Shown piece after piece: positions 56,701 to 64,000 of a DNA stretch of 64,000 nt. The first letter of the stretch is position 1, and every line of letters starts with the position of its first letter. The notes under the pieces are model-generated. The model searched no databases and was not told the DNA's origin. It was given only the letters and a program-made list of their open reading frames with translations. The DNA comes from Eledone cirrhosa (taxonomy: Eukaryota): NCBI GenBank assembly GCA_964016885.1, contig OZ024742.1:164424001-164488000 (forward strand). Direction: 5' to 3'. A program made the position numbers and the translations under genes.

Positions 56701-59700
56701 CTGGAAATTATCTCCCCTTGGACGGCTAGATATTACCTCCCCTTGGACGGCTGGAAATTATCTCCCCTTGATTTTTTTTACAAATTATCTCCCCCTGATT
56801 TTTTTTTACAAATTATCTCCCCCTGATTTTTTTTTACGAATTATCTCCCCCCGATTTTTTTTTACAAATTATCTCCGCCTGATTTTTTTTAAAAAATTAT
56901 CTCCCCTTGAACGGCTGGAAATTATCTCCCCTTGGACGGCTGGAAATTATCTCCCCTTGGACGGCTAGAAATTACCTCTCCTTGGACGGCTGAAAATTAT
57001 CTCCCCTTGGACGGCTGCAAATTATCTCCCCTTGATTTTTTAACAAATTATCTCCCCCTGATTTTTTTTTACAAATTATCTCCCCCTGATTTTTTTTTTA
57101 CAAATTATCTCCCCCTGATTTTTTTTTACAAATTATCTCCCCCTGATTTTTTTTACAAATTATCTCCCCCTGATTTTTTTTACAATCTCCGCCTGATTTT
57201 TTAAAAAATTATCTTCCCTTGGCTGGCGGGAAATTATCTCCCCTTGGACGGCTGGAAATTATCTCCCCTTGGACGGCTGGAAATTATCTCCCCTTGGACA
57301 GCTGGAAATTATCTGCCCTTGATTTTGTTTTTACAAATTATCTCCCCCTGATTTTTTTTACAAATTATCTCCACCTGATTTTTTAAAAAATTATCTCCCC
57401 TTGGACGGCTGGAAATTATCTCCCCTTGATTTTTTTACAAATTATCTCCCCCTGATTTTTTTTACAAATTATCTCCGCCTGATTTTTTTAAATATTATCT
57501 TCCCTTGGCTGGCGGGAAATTATCTCCCCTTGGACGGCTGGAAATTATCTCCCCTTGATTTTTTTTACAAATTATCTCCCCCTGATTTTTTTTTACAAAT
57601 TATCTCCCCCTGATTTTTTTTTACAAATTATCTCCCCCTGATTTTTTTTTACAAATTATCTCCCCCTGATTTTTTTTTACAAATCTCCCCCTGATTTTTT
57701 TATAAATTATCTCCCCTTGGCTGGCTGGAAATTATCTCCCCTTGGAGGCTGGAATTTATCTCCCCTTGGACGGCTAGAAATTACCTCTCCTTGGATGGCT
57801 GGAAAATATGTCTCCTTGGACGGCTGGATATTATCTACCCTTGGACGGCTGGAAATTATCTCCCCTTGGACGGCTGGAAATTATCTCCCCTTGGACGGCT
57901 AGATATTACCTCCCATTGGACGGCTGGAAATTATCTCCCCTTGATTTTTTTTACAAATTATCTCCCCCTGATTTTTTTTTACGAATTATCTCCCCCTGAT
58001 TTTTTTTTACAAATTATCTCCGCCTGATTTTTTTTTTAAAATTATCTCCCCTTGAACGGCTGGAAATTATCTCCCCTTGGACGGCTGGAAATTATCTCCC
58101 CTTGGACGGCTAGAAATTACCTCTCCTTGGACGGCTGAAAATTATCTCCCCTTGGACGGCTGCAAATTATCTCCCCTTGATTTTTTTAACAAATTATCTC
58201 CCCCTGATTTTTTTTTACAAATTATCTCCCCCTGATTTTTTTTTACAAATTATCTACGCCTAATTTTTTTTACAAATTATCTCCCCCTGATTTTTTTTTA
58301 CAAATTATCTCCCCCTGATTTTTTTTACAAATTATCTCCCCCTGATTTTTTTTACAAATTATCTCCCCCTGATTTTTTTACAAATTATCTCCCCCCTGAT
58401 TTTTTTTACAATCTCCGCCTGATTTTTTTAAAAATTATCTTCCCTTGGCTGGCGGGAAATTATCTCCCCTTGGACGGCTGGAAATTATATCCCCTTGGAA
58501 GGATGGAAATTATCTCCCCTTGGACGGCTGGAAATTATCTCCCCTTGGACGGCTGGAAATTACCTCCCCTTGGACAGCTGGAAATTATCTGCCCTTGATT
58601 TTGTTTTTACAAATTATCTCCCCCTGATTTTTTTTACAAATTATCTCCACCTGATTTTTTAAAAAATTATCTCCCCTTGGACGGCTGGAAATTATCTCCC
58701 CTTGGACGGCTGGAAATTATCTCCCCTTGATTTTTTTTTACAAATTATCTCCCCCTGATTTTTTTTTACAAATTATCTCCCCCTGATTTTTTTTACAAAT
58801 TATCTCCCCCTGATTTTTTTTTACAAATTATTTCCCCCTGATTTTTTTACAAATTATCTCCCCCCTGATTTTTTTTACAATCTCCGCCTGATTTTTTTAA
58901 AAATTATCTTCCCTTGGCTGGCGGGAAATTATCTCCCCTTGGACGGCTGGAAATTATATCCCCTTGGAAGGATGGAAATTATCTCCCCTTGGACGGCTGG
59001 AAATTATCTCCCCTTGGACGGCTGGAAATTATCTCCCCTTGGACAGCTGGAAATTATCTGCCCTTGATTTTGTTTTTACAAATTATCTCCCCCTGATTTT
59101 TTTTACAAATTATCTCCACCTGATTTTTTAAAAAATTATCTCCCCTTGGACGGCTGGAAATTATCTCCCCTTGATTTTTTTTACAAATTATCTCCCCCTG
59201 ATTTTTTTTTACAAATTATCTCCCCCTGATTTTTTTTTACAAATTATCTCCCCCTGATTTTTTTTTACAAATTATCTCACCCTGATTTTTTTTACAAATT
59301 ATCTCTCCCTGATTTTTTTACAAATTATCTCCCCTTGGCTGGCTGGAAATTATCTCCCCTTGGAGGCTGGAATTTATCTCCCCTTGGACGGCTAGAAATT
59401 ACCTCTCCTTGGACGGCTGGAAAATATGTCTCCTTGGACGGCTGGATATTATCTACCCTTGGACGGCTGGAAATTATCTCCCCTTGGACGGCTGGAAATT
59501 ATCTCCTCTTGGACGGCTAGATATTACCTCCCCTTGGACGGCTGGAAATTATCTCCCCTTGATTTTTTACAAATTATCTCCCCCTGATTTTTTACAAATT
59601 ATCTCCCCCTGATTTTTTTTACAAATTATCTCCGCCTAATTTTTTTAAATATTATCTTCCCTTGGCTGGCGGGAAATTATCTCCCCTTGGACGGCTGAAA

Positions 59701-62700
59701 ATTATCTCCCCTTGGACGGCTGGAAATTATCTCCCCTTGATTTTTTTTACAAATTATCTCCCCCTGATTTTTTTTTACAAATTATCTCCCCCTGATTTTT
59801 TTTACAAATTATCTCCCCCTGATTTTTTTACAAATTATCTCCCCTTGGCTGGCTGGAAATTATCTCCCCTTGGAGGCTGGAATTTATCTCCCCTTGGACG
59901 GCTAGAAATTACCTCTCCTTGGAAGGCTGGAAAATATGTCCTTGGACGGCTGGATATTATCTACCCTTGGACGGCTGGAAATTATCTCCCCTTGGACGGC
60001 TGGAAATTATCTCCCCTTGGAAGGCTAGATATTACCTCCCCTTGGACGGCTGAAAATTATCTCCCCTTGGACGGCTGGAAATTATCTCCCCTTGATTTTT
60101 TTTACAAATTATCTCCCCCTGATTATTTTTTACAAATTATCCCCTGATTTTTTTTTTACAAATTATCTCCCCCTGATTTTTTTTACAAATTATCTCCCCC
60201 TGATTTTTTTACAAATTATCTCCCCTTGGCTGGCTGGAAATTATCTCCCATTGGAGGCTGGAATTTATCTCCCCTTGGACGGTTAGAAATTACCTCCCCT
60301 TGGACGGCTGGAAAATATGTCTCCTTGGACGGCTGGAAATTATCGCCCCTTGGACGGCTGGAAATTATCTCCCCTTGGACGGCTGGAAATTATCTCTCAT
60401 CGGACGGCTAGAAATTACCTCTCCTTGGACAGCTGAAAATTATCTCCCCTTGGACGGCTGGAAATTATCTCCCCTTCATTTTTTTTACAAATTATCTCCC
60501 GCTGATTTTTTTTTACAAATTATCTCCCCCTGATTTTTTTTTACAAATTATCTCCCCCTGATTTTTTTTTACAAATTATCTCCCCCTGATATTTTTTACA
60601 AATTATCTCCCCCTGATTTTTTTACAAATTATCTCCCCTTGGCTGGCTGGAAATTATCTCCCCTTGGAGGCTGGAATTTATCTCCCCTTGGACGGCTAGA
60701 AATTACCTCGCCTTGGACGGCTGGAAAATATGTCTCCTTGGACGGCTGGAAATTATCTCCCCTTGGACGGCTGGAAATTATCTCCCCTTGGACAGCTGGA
60801 AATTATCTCCCCTTGGACGGCTAGATATTACCTCCCCTTGGACGGCTGGAAATTATCTCCCCTTGATTTTTTTTACAAATTATCTCCCCCTGATTTTTTT
60901 TTACAAATTATCTCCCCCTGATTTTTTTTTACGAATTATCTCCCCCCGATTTTTTTTACAAATTATCTCCCCCTGATTTTTTTTTACAAATTATCTACGC
61001 CTAATTTTTTTTACAAATTATCTCCCCCTGATTTTTTTTACAAATTATCTCCCCCTGATTTTTTTTACAAATTATCTCCCCCTGATTTTTTTTTACAAAT
61101 TATTTCCCCCTGATTTTTTTACAAATTATCTCCCCCCTGATATTTTTAAAAATTATCTTCCCTTGGCTGGCGGGAAATTATCTCCCCTTGGACGGCTGGA
61201 AATTATATCCCCTTGGAGGCTGGAATTTATCTCCCCTTGGACGGCTAGAAATTACCTCGCCTTGGACGGCTGGAAAATATGTCTCCTTGGACGGCTGGAA
61301 ATTATCTCCCCTTGGACGGCTGGAAATTATCTCCCCTTGGACGGCTGGAAATTATCTCCCCTTGGACGGCTAGATATTACCTCCCCTTGGACGGCTGGAA
61401 ATTATCTCCCCTTGATTTTTTTTACAAATTATCTCCCCCTGATTTTTTTTTACAAATTATCTCCCCCTGATTTTTTTTTACGAATTATCTCCCCCTGATT
61501 TTTTTTTACAAATTATCTCCCCTTGAACGGCTGGAAATTATCTCCCCTTGGACGGCTGGAAATTATCTCCCCTTGAAAGGCTAGAAATTACCTCTCCTTG
61601 GACGGCTGAAAATTATCTCCCCTTGGACGGCTGCAAATTATCTCCCCTTGATTTTTTAACAAATTACCTCGCCTTGGACGGCTGGAAAATATGTCTCCTT
61701 GGACGGCTGGAAATTATCTCCCCTTGGACGGCTGGAAATTATCTCCCCTTGGACGGCTGGAAATTATCTCCCATTGGACGGCTAGATATTACCTCCCCTT
61801 GGACGGCTGCAAATTATCTCCCCTTGATTTTTTTAACAAATTATCTCCCCCTGATTTTTTTTTACAAATTATCTCCCCCTGATTTTTTTTTACAAATTAT
61901 CTACGCCTAATTTTTTTTACAAATTATCTCCCCCTGATTTTTTTTTACAAATTATCTCCCCCTGATTTTTTTTACAAATTATCTCCCCCTGATTTTTTTT
62001 TACAAATTATCTCCCCCTGATTTTTTTACAAATTATCTCCCCCCTGATTTTTTTTACAATCTCCGCCTGATTTTTTTAAAAATTATCTTCCCTTGGCTGG
62101 CGGGAAATTATCTCCCCTTGGACGGCTGGAAATTATATCCCCTTGGAAGGATGGAAATTATCTCCCCTTGGACGGCTGGAAATTATCTCCTCTTGGACGG
62201 CTGGAAATTATCTCCCCTTGGACAGCTGGAAATTATCTGCCCTTGATTTTGTTTTTACAAATTATCTCCCCCTGATTTTTTTTACAAATTATCTCCACCT
62301 GATTTTTTAAAAAATTATCTCCCCTTGGACGGCTGGAAATTATCTCCCCTTGATTTTTTTACAAATTATCTCCCCCTGATTTTTTTTACAAATTATCTCC
62401 CCCTGATTTTTTTTTTACAAATTATCTCCCCCTGATTTTTTTACAAATTATCTCCCCCTGATTTTTTTTACAAATTATCTCCGCCTGATTTTTTTAAATA
62501 TTATCTTCCCTTGGCTGGCGGGAAATTATCTCCCCTTGGACGGCTGAAAATTATCTCCCCTTGGACGGCTGGAAATTATCTCCCCTTGATTTTTTTTACA
62601 AATTATCTCCCCCTGATTTTTTTTACAAATTATCTCCCCCTGATTTTTTTTTACAAATTATCTCCCCCTGATTTTTTTTTACAAATTATCTGCCCCTGAT

Positions 62701-63105
62701 TTTTTTTACAAATTATCTCCCCCTGATTTTTTTACAAATTATCTCCCCTTGGCTGGCTGGAAATTATCTCCCCTTGGAGGCTGGAATTTATCTCCCATTG
62801 GACGGCTAGAAATTACCTCTCCTTGGAAGGCTGGAAAATATTTCTCCTTGGACGGCTGGATATTATCTACCCTTGGACGGGTGGAAATTATCTCCCCTTG
62901 GACGGCTGGAAATTATCTCCCCTTGGACAGCTAGATATTACCTCCCCTTGGACGGCTGGAAATTATCTCCCCTTGATTTTTTTTACAAATTATCTCCCCC
63001 TGATTTTTTTTACAAATTATCTCCACCTGATTTTTTTACAAATTATCTCCCCCTGATTTTTTTTACAAATTATCTCCCCCTGATTTTTTTACAAATTATC
63101 TCCCC
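41750..63105. repeat. Higher-order repeat family R, ~2.9 copies of ~7.4 kb (41750-49147, 49148-56543, 56544-63105 truncated)
   Basis: Triplets of ORFs at offsets 7394-7423: 42898/50321/57717, 44845/52268/59662, 46346/53769/61163, 47932/55355/62749. Offsets change mainly by whole monomers (25 or 27 bp). Confidence 0.93.
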
Positions 63106-64000
63106 TTGGCTGGCTGGAAATTATCTCCCATTGGAGGCTGGAATTTATCTCCCCTTGGACGGTTAGAAATTACCTCCCCTTGGACGGCTGGAAAATATGT
63201 CTCCTTGGACGGCTGGAAATTATCGCCCCTTGGACGGCTGGAAATTATCTCCCCTTGGACGGCTGGAAATTATCTCTCATCGGACGGCTAGAAATTACCT
63301 CTCCTTGGACAGCTGAAAATTATCTCCCCTTGGACGGCTGGAAATTATCTCCCCTTCATTTTTTTTACAAATTATCTCCCGCTGATTTTTTTTTACAAAT
63401 TATCTCCCCCTGATTTTTTTTTACAAATTATCTCCCCCTGATTTTTTTTTACAAATTATCTCCCCCTGATATTTTTTACAAATTATCTCCCCCTGATTTT
63501 TTTACAAATTATCTCCCCTTGGCTGGCTGGAAATTATCTCCCCTTGGAGGCTGGAATTTATCTCCCCTTGGACGGCTAGAAATTACCTCGCCTTGGACGG
63601 CTGGAAAATATGTCTCCTTGGACGGCTGGAAATTATCTCCCCTTGGACGGCTGGAAATTATCTCCCCTTGGACAGCTGGAAATTATCTCCCCTTGGACGG
63701 CTAGATATTACCTCCCCTTGGACGGCTGGAAATTATCTCCCCTTGATTTTTTTTACAAATTATCTCCCCCTGATTTTTTTTTACAAATTATCTCCCCCTG
63801 ATTTTTTTTTACGAATTATCTCCCCCCGATTTTTTTTACAAATTATCTCCCCCTGATTTTTTTTTACAAATTATCTACGCCTAATTTTTTTTACAAATTA
63901 TCTCCCCCTGATTTTTTTTACAAATTATCTCCCCCTGATTTTTTTTACAAATTATCTCCCCCTGATTTTTTTTTACAAATTATTTCCCCCTGATTTTTTT
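60226..64000. repeat. Tandem duplication with 2880-bp period, second copy running off the window end
   Basis: ORFs 60226/63106, 60300/63180, 60713/63593. The variants CCCCTTCATT and CCCGCTGAT occur at ~60471-60505 and ~63351-63385 but not in the earlier R copies. Confidence 0.88.

Larger units (their letters stand above)
1..64000. repeat. Composite tandem satellite array: monomer A (25 bp) and monomer B (26-29 bp) sharing the core AAATTATCTCCCC(C/T)TG, in alternating blocks
   Basis: All sequence I read parses into TTGGACGGCTGGAAATTATCTCCCC or CTGA(T)nACAAATTATCTCCCC or close variants, in one orientation. The array runs off both window ends. Confidence 0.99.

Noticed and set aside
2-63856. 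The numerous short plus-strand ORFs (60-200 aa; LDGWKLSP / WTAGNYLP / GRLEIISP / FFTNYLP repeats)
   Set aside because: They are translations of the satellite. Monomer lengths are mostly not multiples of three, all three frames give the same rotating peptides, most starts are TTG from the repeat, and T-tract variation shifts frames freely. The absence of minus-strand ORFs follows from the TAA in every core.
1-64000. CRISPR-like repeat-spacer appearance
   Set aside because: The constant part is only 16 bp, the spacers are 9-13 bp and of just two recurring types rather than unique, and no leader or cas gene is present.
1-64000. Canonical G-quadruplex or i-motif array from the G4-5/C4-5 runs
   Set aside because: The runs are separated by about 21-24 nt, far longer than typical stable loops. 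It cannot be supported without biophysical data.
1-64000. Telomerase product from two alternative templates, or an information-encoding binary tape
   Set aside because: Point variants and block order are inherited in kb-scale duplications, which indicates DNA-level amplification rather than fresh templated synthesis. No associated enzyme gene is in the window.
1-64000. Whole array as a sequencing or assembly artefact
   Set aside because: Hierarchical, consistently shared variants and small differences between HOR copies are typical of real satellite evolution. Individual duplications still need read-level confirmation.

Overview
The entire 64-kb window is one uninterrupted, head-to-tail tandem satellite array of roughly 2,400 monomers (estimated as 64,000/~26.5). 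I see no credible gene, RNA gene, transposon or CRISPR array. It is a composite two-state satellite: a near-constant 16-bp core, AAATTATCTCCCC(C/T)TG, is followed either by a GC-rich spacer GACGGCTGG (monomer A, 25 bp, TTGGACGGCTGGAAATTATCTCCCC) or by a poly-T spacer A(T7-10)AC (monomer B, 26-29 bp, CTGATTTTTTTTACAAATTATCTCCCC). A and B occur in alternating blocks. The A blocks fall into about five stereotyped cassettes with fixed variant order and junction-specific monomers. These are in turn amplified into kb-scale higher-order repeats (HORs) with periods of about 0.47, 1.3, 2.65, 2.9, 7.4 and 7.54 kb, read from the offsets of identical spurious ORFs and from marker variants. Notable details are a length-conserving sliding T/A boundary hotspot, a stepwise mutational lineage, visible recombination scars in the shared core, and a diverged island at 16.4-17.2 kb. 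A eukaryotic heterochromatic, centromeric or subtelomeric origin is an inference; I cannot identify the organism or a named satellite family. All listed ORFs are translations of the repeat.
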